DNA of 64,000 nucleotides, taken from the NCBI GenBank assembly GCA_036172245.1, contig JAYWIR010000002.1:1302001-1366000 (forward strand), read 5' to 3'. Made by a program: the position numbers and the translations under genes. Of the stretch, positions 26,801-40,300 are shown piece after piece. How positions within the stretch are numbered: position 1 is the stretch's first letter; every line of letters starts with the position of its first letter. Below the pieces are notes generated by a model. It ran no database searches. It was not told where the DNA came from and worked only from the letters and a program-made list of their open reading frames with translations. Source of the stretch: Raillietiella orientalis (Eukaryota).

Positions 26801-29800
26801 CTGGGACAGGCCGAGCGAACGAACGAAATAATAAGATGGTGTGCACAAAGTTTCTTTAGGTGCAAGAGCATTCGCACGAGCGAATGGGCTTTTTGCACCC
26901 TCCAGCGCCCGCACAAGTGGGGCCTGTATCGACGCGGGGCAACTTGATGACTTTTCGCGCGCCGCTCTTCCGCTAGGATCGCTAGTTTCCACGCCAGCAA
27001 GTTGGGCACAGAATCGAATTCTGTCAGGAAAAGAAAGAAAAAATAAAATAAAATGCCCTTTTCGGAAAAGTCTGAAAAGACAGTCGATGGCCAGGGCCTC
27101 AGCTAAAAATAACAAGTACACAAGCAGTGTGTTGGCTAAATGAGTTTTCCTTCAGTGCCGCCACATCACTAATGAGACCGCTCCGTACGTGGAATGATAA
27201 CAGACAGACAGGAAAGAAGGAAGATGAAGATGCCATGTTTTGTGTGACCTCCCAAAGGGAGGTTTGATGTCAGGTGTTGTGTGTCTAAAGGTATGGCTGG
27301 CCTCTCGTAACACATTCAACCACCTCTGCCACCACCTTCCCCTCCCCCCTCCCCACAGCTCCCCTTCCCAGACTCGCAGCGATAGAATTTTTGAGGGGTT
27401 CACCAAAGGATTCTCACTTATGGAACCTGCATGTCGAGTGACCCTTAATCTAATCAGGTTGTCGAAAACCCTGCCTCGAGAAACAAGAGCCGTGGCTGTG
27501 AGAAAGAAAACCGAAACAACTCCGATGCGGCTCTCTGATGAGCCTTTGCTGGTAGGAACTGTGGACGAAAGGAAAGGGAAAATGGATAAGGCGAGTTCCA
27601 CCTCGACGGCTGCTGGCAGAAAGGCGACACTGGAAGCGAAGGCTTGGCATTTCACAAGCGCGCACTGTTGCGTCCGGCGTTTCCGGGAGCGAAACCCACT
27701 CTCTGTTTTTCTAAGATCAGGCTGGAATTGCGCAGGACTAGAAGGCCCCGATCGAATTCTTCTTGCATGCGCTGGGCGAGCGGGGACGGAGGAAACTTAC
27801 CTTCACCACTTCGACCACGAACGCGTCCGGGACCAGAGCCCCTTTCTTCAGGTAATGCGAGCAGTGTCTTCCCAGTAGAGTTTTCCGGCGGCACTCTCTT
27901 CGGATGGTGGTGCCGCAGTGCACTGGAAAGTTCGTGTGCTCAGTACCGGACACACGTCGTCGTAGCAGCGGCTCGCGTCGGATTTTCGTCTGCGGAGGCA
28001 CGCATCTTCCCGCGCTTGTCTGCGTACTGCACGGATGGCAAGATGTGGGAAACTTTTCCAGGAGCAAACACAGGAACACGGGACGGCAGAAGAAAGAGGA
28101 CCCTATTTTTGCTGTTTTTTGGTTTCTTTCTTTTCTTCAATAAGGCACTCGAAAAAGAAATTCCGAAAGCATAAAGAACTCGCCACTCTGGAACCTCAAA
28201 GGCGAATCCTCTCTCGATCCCGCGTGCCTCCCTCTTTTCGAAATTTCCGGAAAGAAGCCGTTTTCGCTTCTGCTGGAATAACCTCCCGCACTTCCGGAAG
28301 GACGAGCCTTCGGGAAGGAGTCCAAGAGAATATTCGGAAAGTGGCTGCTGCAAGGACAGAATCTCTCGTGAGATGCACTTGCTTGCCCACTGTCTTCCGT
28401 GGGCATCCTTAGTTACCGTTGCCACCGGAGGCGTCTCGACGGAAAGAGAGTTTTCTCAGCTCGCGTCTCCTTTGACCCTTCCGGCAGCAGGCGAGTTTTG
28501 CTCGAGGAACAGTTCCTTCGAGGGACACTCTGGATGCGGGGACGTTCCAACGTACGCATCCTTCGCCGCAAGCAGCGAATCAAGGCGGTAGGTGAGCACA
28601 GCAGAGTAAGAAGCCGATGCATGTAGCCGCGCTCGTCTCGTCTCACGCAATGGCTTTCTCTATGCACCGCACTGATCTTCCGCTGGATGGGAAGAGCGGA
28701 CACAAAGCACAGATAGGGAAAGGGGGTAACAGGATGTGTAGACCGCAGATGTCTGCGAAGGATTGTCGAAAACCAAGCACAGATGCCATCTCACAGCGGA
28801 CGAGCCTTGAAAGACAGCTATAAAGAAAGAAGAATCCTTCTTTCTTTAGAGCATTGGCTGTGATGAGATCCTCGAGGATTTTTTTTATTTTATTATTATT
28901 ATTTTGAAAAAAACTCACCGTTCGTTTTCCGGTAGTTTTTCTGGAACTCCATCCAACACTGTTTGAGATCTCAAAGTGCCGTAACGAACTTGGAGTCTCG
29001 GCAGCCTGTTAGTCTAGTCTATTTTAGTTTTAAATAGACTCGGAAGCCTATTTAAGACCTTTTGGTCAAGCTGTCTTTGTCCTTCGCGTAGACTGGCAAA
29101 ACTTCCATCCCGGACTCCTTCTCCGTTCCTCCCACTTCAGGAGCCGAATGAAACAATCTTTCATGACTCCCGAGTGGTCTACGCCGAAGCCTCCCGAATT
29201 CTTTCAAAGAAATGCAGCAAAATCTTTGGAGAGGAAACGAGCAATTTGGAAAACGCGGGAAGATATTAGGTGAACGGGACCAAGGAGGCGAACACGCCTT
29301 GCTCATGGGACCACCGGGTCTTTAAGTGAAGTCCTCCTAGAGGAAGGAAATCTTTCCCCGGGAACGGCACTCTGATCCTAGTCAAAAGGCCGAGAAGCGA
29401 ATAAATGGCTACTGTTGTTAGGTAACCCCAAAGAGTCTCCTGCTTCCCAAGAGTTCCTTCGGTGCATTTTCTTCCCTAGTCCTGGATATCATTTCTTCCT
29501 GTCCAAGCGTAGCAACGTGGTGGCTGCCCTGCTGAGGCGTCATGAACCTGTGTTGTCACCAGAGAGGAGTGTGGCCGAGCCGCACGGATTGGAATCCTTT
29601 CGGCGCTCCTCGCAAGCATCCTGACTTCTCGAGGAATGATTCTGCCCATCGATAAAGCCCACAATCTGTGCAATCCATGCTGTTCGGATACGGGAGTGCT
29701 GGAGACGGTCCTCTCGAAACGGAATCGCACTGCGAGAATCCTCACCATCCCAAAGTGATCCCAAGCTTTGTTTGTCTGATCGACTGAATTCCGGTCTCCA

Positions 29801-31281
29801 CCCTGCGCAGCAGCAACGAAAGATGGTGCCTTGGGACAAAATCCAAAAGTGTGACCTCCGCTCGTTGAGCAGCACGGACCTTTCCCTGAGATAGACACCG
29901 CAGACGCTCAGGAAAGAGAAAAGGGACCCAAGATGCCAGCTCTCGAGTTGTGTAAGAAGACATTTCATGCTGCGTTGCCAGTGAAATTGGCTGTCGGCAA
30001 GGAGAGACTGGACAATCGCTACTAGTGCTAGGACGGTCCTGTACCATGTGACTGCTCAGTGTCTCGTTGGTATAGTTCGCGCCAGAGCTGGCGTGAAGTC
30101 AGAAGGTTTGCACTGTGGGGCGCTTGCAAGCTGACTGCAAGTGGATTGCGGCTAAGAGGGACACCCCAGCGATGTCAGAAGACAGAGGGAAGAACAGCAC
30201 CAAACAAAGGGAATTTCAAATCATCTGGAGGATCCGCTGTACTTCAGTTTACATCTTCCCGTACGACTACACAACCGCTTTCCCGGGACACAGCCTGTTC
30301 CCTATCTACGGACCGCGACCTGTATGTACACCTTCGATTCCCTAGGCAGATTTCGGTTTCCGTTCGAACTGAACGTTTAAGCGGAAACGAGGAACCACTT
30401 TTCGTCTGGTCTCGGAGTGTTTCGTTCGAATCCTCACAGGAATGTTAGCCAGCCAAACCTTATTGCCACCTACAGTTCCACACCACTGATGAACCTGCCT
30501 GTGCGCCTGTGACTGCACAGGTGCAGTTTCCACTAGCACAATCTCTTCCCGTTCTTTTCGCAGATTGCTGCTTTCTTTCACTAACTGGACACACTTGAAT
30601 CACTGACGCTTAGCAACGCCAAAAATGGAAATTTCTCACCATTTCTGCAGGAAAATTCCATCTAGAAAAGTCGAACATTTCAGAGTGTATGAGTATGACC
30701 AAGGAAGGGTCATTTTATAACAGGAACCCCGTGATGTGCAAGCGTTCCAGCTTCTGGTTGAAGAACGTTTTTCTCTGTGTCGATTCTGATCGTGGTATTC
30801 TTTGGCGTCATTTATCATTGTGATTATTCAGCGTTTTTTTTTTTTTTCTTCTTTTCCTTTCTTCGTTTACGAATCTTCACAGGAGTTTTCCATTCCAGCT
30901 GACTGCGTCTTCCCTGCCTTTCGTGGAAAATTTCCCCAGGAATGGCAACGTCTCTGATTTTATGCTTGCCCTGCGCATCTTCTCGATACCATCCTTACTT
31001 TCGTTTAGAGGGTTGCTTGATTGAGAGGACTTTGCAAACACTTTGCATTCCTTCATTGCTTCAATATGTATCAGTAGGTAGTTGGAAAACTTTCTTACAC
31101 TCTGAGTGCCATCAGGATTCCTTTTCCGATAAGACTTTCTCTAATCTGAACCGATCCGAACTTCGAAAGACCAAAAATGAAGGACAGAGAACCGAGGGGC
31201 TGAACCAAACTAAACATCCAGAAATGCTGTAATCATTGATCGCACCCGCATATTCCCACGAGGGAGATTATTTTTCTATCC

Positions 31282-31338
<57 letters not shown>

Positions 31339-34300
31339 TCACACGCACGCACGCAAGCACAAAGGAAGGAAAAAAAAACACACACAAGATCTGCAGATGG
31401 GATCGAGAGAGCTTGATTTGGAAGTCTTTCTGAATAAATTTTCCGAACGCAGGAATCATTTCAATCCTCGAGCTTCTCGGTTCAAAAGAGAAAAAGGTAA
31501 AAAACAACAACATCGCGGGATGGGGAGGTCTCTAATGTTCCAATCACTAAAAAATTCGGATCCAGATGTTTCTGAAAGGGTCTCGAAAACTTTCTCGGTG
31601 GATCTGTCCTCTCCGTACGATTTTCATGCAAGCCAGGCGTGGCAGACGCAAGATTCGAGTATCTTCCTGCCACTCGTAACGAATGCTCGCGAAGAACGTG
31701 CAGTTTCGTCATGAATCCGTTGCTCGCCGAGCGTGGAAATCATTATATCCGCGCGCGAAGCAATAGCCGAAAGAGATCCGTCTGGAGCGTCGCAAATGAG
31801 GCTGCTCCTGCAAAGCAAGTCTTCCCCGAAAGAACTGTCTCTATGGTTGCGCTAGGGCGGGGTGGTCTACAACACAGAGGACCCGCTACCGGTTGCCGTT
31901 CCTATCCTGTGACGCGAGGATCTTTTTTTTCTTTTTTTTTTTCTCTAGGGACCAAAAGGATGCTGTCGTGATCGTGCGAAGCGATGCCACTCCGAAGGCG
32001 CGAGATCGAAGGAAGTTGATGGTCGAATTCTGAAACGACTCCCTCAGAATGAGATCGCGTAAAGACTCCAGGAGGCTTTCAGATTTTCAGATCTGTTACT
32101 TCTGCAGTGTGCTACACATCTTTGATAAAATCTCTGGTAATCATCGTCTCTTCACCCCTGAATCGCCTCCGTCCGTTCTTCTTTTTTTGGAATTGCTACT
32201 TCCAGATTCAGCATCTTCAGCATCTTTCCGGGATCGACTGGGACACAGTCGAAGGGTTTTGTCTCCCCATGGTGATTGTTGTCTATGTTGTGGTGGCATG
32301 GTTCTTTCGGTGAGGTGGAGCTGAGGCATCTCATCTAAGGCAAGCCTCCCTACCAAAGATTGTTGTCTGGGTATCGCCCTCAAACCTCTACCAGAGAGGT
32401 CGAAGAACGCTTTTATTGGTCGCCAGCATGGATCCGTTTTCGCTGGTGCCCGATTTTTTCGTTCCAAATCAGATTCGGCTTCAGGCTTCTTCTTCGCAGC
32501 ATCGTCTCTCTTCATCAACTCCCCTTCTCCCTCCTTGACTCTCTCTCCCTCCCTCCTTTGCCGTTCCCCCTTCAGCACGAATGTTCTTCCTTCACCCCTA
32601 CCTCCCTTTCCTGAATCTCTCTCTCTCTCTCTCTTTTTCTTGCAAACAACCTCCGACGAAATTTCCATTATCCCGTTCATCACGGCAGGAGAGCACGTGA
32701 TTTTGAATGCGCGGCGATCTTCCTGTTCCCATAGGAATCAGCCTCCCTTAACACCTCCTTGATGGTCTGCAATGGCTCCTTGCCTGCTGCACCAAAAAAT
32801 CTCTTCCGTGCCCGCTCTCCGCGCGCACACGATCGTAATCCATTCTTCCGTGGCTGCTGTCGCAATGGAGTTTTCCCATAGTGGTAATTTCCCCGTTGCC
32901 AACGCCGTCGCGGTTTCCCCACCCAGCCCAGCGCATGGGATGTTCCTCGCTGTCGCAAGAGGAAGATTCGAAACGTCCCGTTCCCTCGAGGGAGGGAGCT
33001 CGATTCCACCTTGAGTCCCGAGTCGCGGGCCAGACACTGCATTTTCCTCTCGGTGCGGGGTTCTCGCGCTCGCCGATGCGTCTCCCTTTCGGGAATGCGT
33101 GACGCGCCACTTGCCCGATGGACTCTTTTTTCTTCGACGGCTGGCGGACCGAAACCATCCAGCATCCAAATCCTAGTCTCAGTCCCGAGCGCACGGTCTC
33201 CCTCCTCAAGAACTACCTTCGTGCTTCTGCAAGTATGCAGAGCTTCTCAAATCTTCATCGAATTTTTCGCCTCCCGCCCCCCACCGTTTGCGTGAACGTG
33301 GAACTCTAAAGTTTTTCGGCCTCAGCACTTGAACCTTTCCGCAGACTCCACTGCATTTTCCATCGGCACTTCCATGGATCGACCAAAAGATACGTGCTAA
33401 AAGTACGTATCTTCCCCTGCCGTTTGTCCCGCCACCCCTCCTCCTCGATCACAAGCTTCCCGTGCTTCTGGGATTTAAGGAGCTCATAAGGGTATGCTGT
33501 GTTCCGTAAAAGCAGGGTCGAGGGAGTTTTCTGATGACGCAAGCGCGCACGACCCTATGGAGTCGCAGTGAACCACCCGCATAATTCCGAGTTTCTTTTC
33601 CCGCTCGGCCGAACCAGCCTGCCCTCTGCCGGCCCAACTCCACGCGGGCGAAGCGAAGGCGTAGCTGAAACAGGTTGCTCGCCAGAGGAGGGATAGCAAG
33701 GACTCCCCCTCGTTACCGAACGCTCCTGGCCCGAACCGAAATCCCAGAGGCCTTTGGCTGGTCGTTGCGGGGAAAGAGAGGCACACCGGACCGAAGAGTT
33801 GGCTTTCCGGAGAAGCATGCGCCGGATTGCACAAGAGACATTCCAGCATAACCCTTGGATGACATGAAAGAACACTGGAATGACGAAGCTCTCATATTGT
33901 AACTTTTAACATTAGCAATATGGTCTACTCTTTTTCAATCTGAGTGCAATTGCCTCTTCCCAAATGTCACCATTGTGTAATAACTTTTCTCTATTATACA
34001 TCAGCTCCTCTCTTGTTTCTGTCGCAAACTCAAAATTAGGGCCCTCAACAATTACATTGAGAAAGATCTTAGGTGATCACGTTCCTCAAAAAGGCTCCTT
34101 GGTTGCACCAGATAGACTGAGGTTTGACTTTAGTCACAACACCCAAGTTACCCAGGATCAGCTATTTTTGATAGAAGATATGATGAACTCTCTAAGTAGA
34201 GAAAATCTTTCCACGTCTACAAAAATTCAGAGCATGGATCAGGCAATAGATGAAGGAGCTATGGCGTCGTTTGGCGAAAAATACGGCGACCAAGTAAGAG

Positions 34301-37300
34301 TGGTAAGTACTGGAGGTTCAAAAGAGTTGTGTGGCGGCACTCATGTGGAGCAGGACACGGAATTCTGAAGACGGGTTGGCAAATCTGTGGTTATTACTGA
34401 CGTGTCCTTGAAAGAAACTGTCGTGGCATATCGATCGCCTCTGCTCCGCTAGGAGGCTTCTCCTTTCCCTCCCCCCTTACCCCCTCCTCGTTTGGATGCC
34501 AAGACGCCTGCGAAAGCGGGAAAGAAACGGTCAATTCTCAAGCAAATTCGCCGAAAATTCAAAGGTGAACGAAACGGGAGAGGAAGAGACCTCTGTAGCG
34601 AAGCACAGGGTTTCTCCTCGAAGGCGAAACCGATGAAAGGCATTTGTTCGTCTCGGATCCTGTGATAGACCATGACCAGTTGCGGTGCGGTTGTGAAGTA
34701 AACAGGAAGCACGGAATCGCGATCCCTCTTCCGGGCTCGGTGCCTCATTTACGATTCGCAGAATCCTAAATTGCAGATTTAAAATCAAGGGTTGGTTCCG
34801 TTTGACGGAAGAGGCCGTCCAGCAGGTATTTGGTGCGCTTTCTAGACATCGGACGCGAGTTCGTGACAAGAAGGAAGCGCACATGTTGGTGGCGACTTTG
34901 CAATCAGTTGCACCAGCGCAATATTTCACGACATGACTGACCAAACTGATGTCGAGAAAGAAATGCAAGACGCAGACTTAAAGCAGATGACTTCTCCTCC
35001 CTGCCCCCACCCACCCCCTTTTTTTTTTCTTCTTTGTGACTGAAACTTCGGAACTCTTTGGAAGTCTGGGATAACCGTGCTCGTACATCAAGGAAAGATG
35101 AAGTACTTGGTGATTTATTATTTCTCAGAGAGAAAAAAAAAAAAACGGGAACGAAAATCGATCAGAGCTTAAAAATCCTGATTGGGAAGAGGCTGGGGAT
35201 CCAGTTCAGGAAGGGAGGAGGGAGGATTTCCAGAGGGATTCCTTTTGCATCTAGAGGATTCGAGAAGACTTCGTTGTGGTGGTTCTTTTCAGCAGCCTTT
35301 TCAGACTCTGACAGAACTTATCGAAAAGTCTTGCGCTTTTCATGGAAAAGACTCTTCTTCCCATGGTTGGGGAAGAAAGTTTCCCTGCACAAAGCAAACG
35401 TGCGATGATGTCCATGCAAATGAGAGTCCGGCACTGTTCCCTTTCTTCTTTTGATGGTTCCGTTTGTAGAATGAAATATCCTTTCGATGGCTCACGCGGT
35501 CCATTAATTGTAAGAGAGAGAGAGAGAGCCGAAATCGTAAATTTTTCGATAAAAACCCTCCGTGTGGTAATAAAATGAACTCTTATCAGACATTTTTCTC
35601 TCTCCTCCGGTGCATATTCAATTCTCCAAGGATCCTCTCCATCAACTATTGCATTATGCCATAGAGGGATCCAACCCGATCCCGAGAACAAATCTCAGTT
35701 TTGAAAAGCTTGGATAAATTTGCTACATTAATCCCTCTTTTTCCTAAGAGCGTTTGTTGTCAGAAAAGGGAAAGATTTTTAGAGTTTTCATTTCTTTTTT
35801 TACGTTTGCTCTATAGACTGTCAGTTGAATCAGGATCTCCAATCTGTGGACTGAGCTAAGATAGAATGCATATATACATATATGTGTGTGTGTGTTCCCT
35901 GTAAATGCAAACAAGGAGGGATAATGCATTGCCTCGGACTGCATCCGTTCGCTAACACAGCTCACGAAAGATTCCGTTTCCGATGTCCCCAAATGATTCC
36001 CCCTTCTGTCGCAATCTCTGGCGACCACCATGCGCGCTCATGGATCTGTTTCAGATCTCGAAATGTAATGTTAAGCGCCATGCCTATACTGTCGACCGAC
36101 TGCTCGCCGAGCATGCTGCTCTTCGTCCCCGCACCTGCTAACTGCGGATCTCCGAAATCACTTGTCGGATCGCTGTTTACTCTGCGCGCCCTGGAGGGAA
36201 AATGAGGATGGCTTACCTTCCACAAGGTCGAACTCTGTAGCCAGACGAGCCGCGTGTTTTCGAAGCACCGAGTCGCAGATCCCTAGTAGCACAACCCTCA
36301 GCATCACTCGGCGATGGTAACGAGGGAATTGGCATATGAAGGCCATGGATTCGAAGTACATTTCTTTGAAGGGAAGGTTTCCAGGAAGAATCTAAAACAA
36401 CGGAGCTGCGGTCACCACTTCATTAGACGCAGCTTCAACGCAGCTCCTTTTCCGGACGAATGGTTTCGAAAGTCGCAGTGAAAGAAGCATGTTGTTTCAT
36501 GCAGCAGTCCTCCGCAAAGATTAGTATGCGGGCGCTGATAGCGTGCACACCACACCTTGCCATGAGGGCCTTCAGTAGGAAACAGACCACAACGAACAGA
36601 CTGTAGATGGCGACAAAAGAGAACTGATCCGTTGCTTGACCAAAGCACTTTCGAAGCTGGCTTGACGCTAGTTTCACGGGCGTCGTAGAAGATGCGAAAG
36701 CTGAACCTCCTCCAAAGCAAGGGTGGTGGTGGAATGAGAGAGAGGGAAGGGGGGGGGGGGGGGAACGTTGAAAAGTGGACGTAGAAAAGAAGAAGGAAAG
36801 AAGAGGATGTGTGTCACTTGGATCTTGGATAGATGGATTCCGCCAAGAACCACAGCATGCGATACAGGAGGAAAACTTGAAGAAAGTTGTTTCGCTTCGA
36901 AGAAGGCTGTTTGCGACGAAAATTGCAACGATCTCAAACGGCTGCTTTCGGCACGGTACGCTCCATGAATGAATGTGCAGAAATAGGGAAGCGTTCAGCG
37001 GGTTTTTAAAGTGCAGACAGCAACCTCCTGCTCGATGGTGGCGGCTCCACTATAATATCAGCCGATGACGTCCCCCTTCAGATCGAGCATGGCAAGGTGA
37101 CGCATTTCTGTTTCTTTGTGCAAAAGAGCTGGACTCGGAAACAGGCAGGAAATAAAATTTGCTTGTAAAATTCTCAGGAATGCTCTGCGTGCCGACATGC
37201 TGGACGGTGTTTCGCATTCGCTCAACATTCTCTCGGCAGTTTCTTTTCCTTGGAGAACTCCCAGGTCACCATTGGCGAAGGAAGAAGCAAGCTGAGCACA

Positions 37301-40300
37301 ATCACCGGATTTACTTTGAGGGACACCGCGTTGGATGGAAAAGCTACAAAGGCGTTTTGCGGTTCGAGGGGAAAACTGGAGAAGCAAAGGACTGTGGCGT
37401 CCGAAGTACCCTTCAAGTAAAGGAGAATTAGGGATTCTGGTGTGGACTGATTGGGACTCGAGATGCTCAAGGTAAACTGATCCCATCTACCTATACAAAA
37501 TGGGATCGTTGAAAGAGAAGCGAGATTTCAACGGATTAGCAAGCGATTGAATTTCCTTGGGACGAGTGTTGTCTGAGTGTACTTTCGCTTCTTCTGCGCC
37601 TTGATGGCTAAAGCGTCAAGCATCTGCACAGTTCCTCCGCAACCACCACATCCCTCCCGAGATTCCGAGATTTTTTCCCGGTGTTCGTAAGAAGCGAATA
37701 CCAGAAAAAAAATGGAAATCGAATGCGAATAATTAACGTAGAACGAAACGCCATGACAGTGGCAAACAAACCGAGAAAGGGAATCCATGCTCAAATAGAA
37801 AACAGGATCATAGATGACTGGCAGAGGCGATCTTCTTCAAGAGAAACTGAGCGCATTGCCAACGCAGGCCACCTTGAGCTTCATACCCACTCGAACAGAA
37901 GCGATTTCAGCCTCATCGCGCCGACCACGAGGCTGAGAAGGAACCAGTCCGCGCATCCCAAATGGGTTAGGAATGTCTGCTGTGGGCGGCTTCGAAATGA
38001 GAACGCGGAAATGAACCCTCAACAGCCTTTCAGCCAAGATGCTCGAGACCAACTTTTCATCAAGTAGGCGCCCCATTTGTCTCAAAAACATTTGTTCCAG
38101 TAACTGATCAAGAGCTCCTACTGCAGTGCCCACCTACTTTGGAATCTCCCGCTCCTTACTGCCTACTTAGCAACCGTCTCTGGACGCGAACAGAGTAACG
38201 CACTTCCTCTTGATGTGTACGTGTACACACGCCTGTGAAAAATTCACGTCAACCATTTGCGGAGCCGTTTCTTTCAAGCATGGTAATTTGAAAGCTGTTG
38301 TTAAAAATGCACAGAGCATTTTTTTCTTGTTTTTTCTCTAGAGACTGAGCATTTTGGAAGACATTTCCAACTGAAGTCAAAGAATCATCGAAGAAAATAG
38401 CGAAGACAGCCGTCACGCCAGCAGCAGCATAAGTCCGCAGAAAAAGAACAGAGAGTGACGCGGTTTACTCAAAAGTTACAGTTCTAAAGTACCTTTAAGT
38501 TTGATTTGTATACTTCATGAGCATATTGAGAAAATCGTTTGTACACAATCTGTCTCTGCAACTCTTCTTGATCTTGAGGCGCCCTCACGAAGTGTTTCTT
38601 CGGCGGCAACTTATGGGAGAAATATTCTTTCCGGATGCTATCTGCTTCTTGCAAAAAAAAAAAAAAAAAAAGTCATGATGATGGGACACCGTCACATCGA
38701 ATTGTTTTTTCATGGCTTAACAAATCAAACTTTTTCCTAGCACTACAGAAAGAGACGAGATCGCTAAGGTTGCATTGCTAATTGAGATTACGTGCATCTC
38801 TTGAAGGTGTTTCTCAGATCCGCACAGATCTTCTTCTTCAGGAGATGAAGTGCAAGAACCATAAACTGAAATCGATCGTAAAGGAAAGAGGCTTAACTTG
38901 GAGGAATGGCCTCGGCGAGGCGTGCAGAGGGAGCAAGCAGGAAGTGGAGCACTCACAACCATGGAATAAACAAAACTTTCTGTTTGTTATGGATTTTCCC
39001 GAGAGATGCTGAAGGAAGGGAAGCGCGGGGGCCAGCAGTAACCAATTCGATAAGCACGCTGAAATGAGACATTCCCTGAGACAATTGACGCGGACTTCGA
39101 CACTTTTAATGCGTGCTCAACTACCAGTGTGGGCGACCGCCTCAAAATGCCGATTCGACGATTCCTCACCGTTTTTCCACAAGGAAACCAGCGACGATGC
39201 TGCCCTCCCTAAATTCTCTGGGGGAGCAGACCCGAAGCTTGAAACTCCTTCTCTGCATCAGACGCACCTCTCACGAGAGCCTCGGAGAGCGGACGGACAG
39301 TGGGCGGTTTGGAAACAAACCGACTCCACCTCTTTCACTTATCTCTCCCGTGCATGCAGCACCTGCCGCAGCCCCACCCATCCCGGTCGCCTTCCACAAA
39401 CCCCAAAGCTTTGGGGAAATTCCAGCGCAACAACCATTCACTTACGAATCCCTTTAATTCGCTTACCAATTTTTCTTTTGTTGCTCAACAAGAGAAAGAG
39501 AAAGAAAGACGAAAGGAAAGGAGAGCTAGAAATCGAAAAGGTAGCTGGGGAGCCACAACTCCCCTGACTCCTTGGAAAAAGCGGCGTGGACAGTGAAAGG
39601 CAGCAAGGATTGAACGGTTGGAAAGAGCTGCGCCTGATGGTATGCTGGAACAACTGGCTTGGCACGCGCGCATCAGTGTGAAAGTTGCCGCTCCCAGGAG
39701 CCTGTGAACCCGCAGCTAGAGGACTAGTCAGTCCCCTCGAGGATCCCGGGGAACGTCCCCCCTCGAGGAGGGTACCCAGGTGCTCCTTGCTCCGTAGAAA
39801 GATCTGTAAAAGATCAGGTCCCTGTATCTTTCTTTCCCAGTCCCAGATGACTGCCTGTTTCGAAAGGCTTGACATGCCTGGAAGTGATTGCAACTCTACG
39901 ACTCACTTCTCCCACGACGGGTGCCGATGAAGCAGCTCGGAAGCTCCGATTCGCAAAGTCCTCCTGCATGAACTTTGCGAATCGGACTCCTTCGTGAAAC
40001 TTTCGATCTACCTTTTTTTTTTTCCGTCATCGCATTCAGCGCCTTCAGATCGAAAAAGTAGAGTAAAATAAAATTGCGGATGCTTTTGTGAAGATTTCCG
40101 GATTGTCTGTTTCGAAAAATTTCGCATTTCCTGCTAGAATCGAGGATCGGTTTCTCTCTTCTTTAGGTTTCAATACATCGTCGCAGCATCCTTCTTCATC
40201 TCTGCCTTCTGGTCTTCCCTGTTGTTCAGATCCAGGCCAGCAATGCCTGCAGTTTCTTTTCCACCCGCCTCTGCACCTTTCGGAATCCACAGAGGCGAGC

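Larger units (their letters stand above)
33836..34352. other. Nuclear insertion of endosymbiont (Wolbachia-like Rickettsiales) DNA, chimeric
   Basis: Abrupt AT-rich block with bacterial-style intronless codons inside the AK8-like intron 27923-36216. It contains two unrelated bacterial gene fragments in opposite orientation and a Wolbachia-type repeat relic. Confidence 0.88.
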
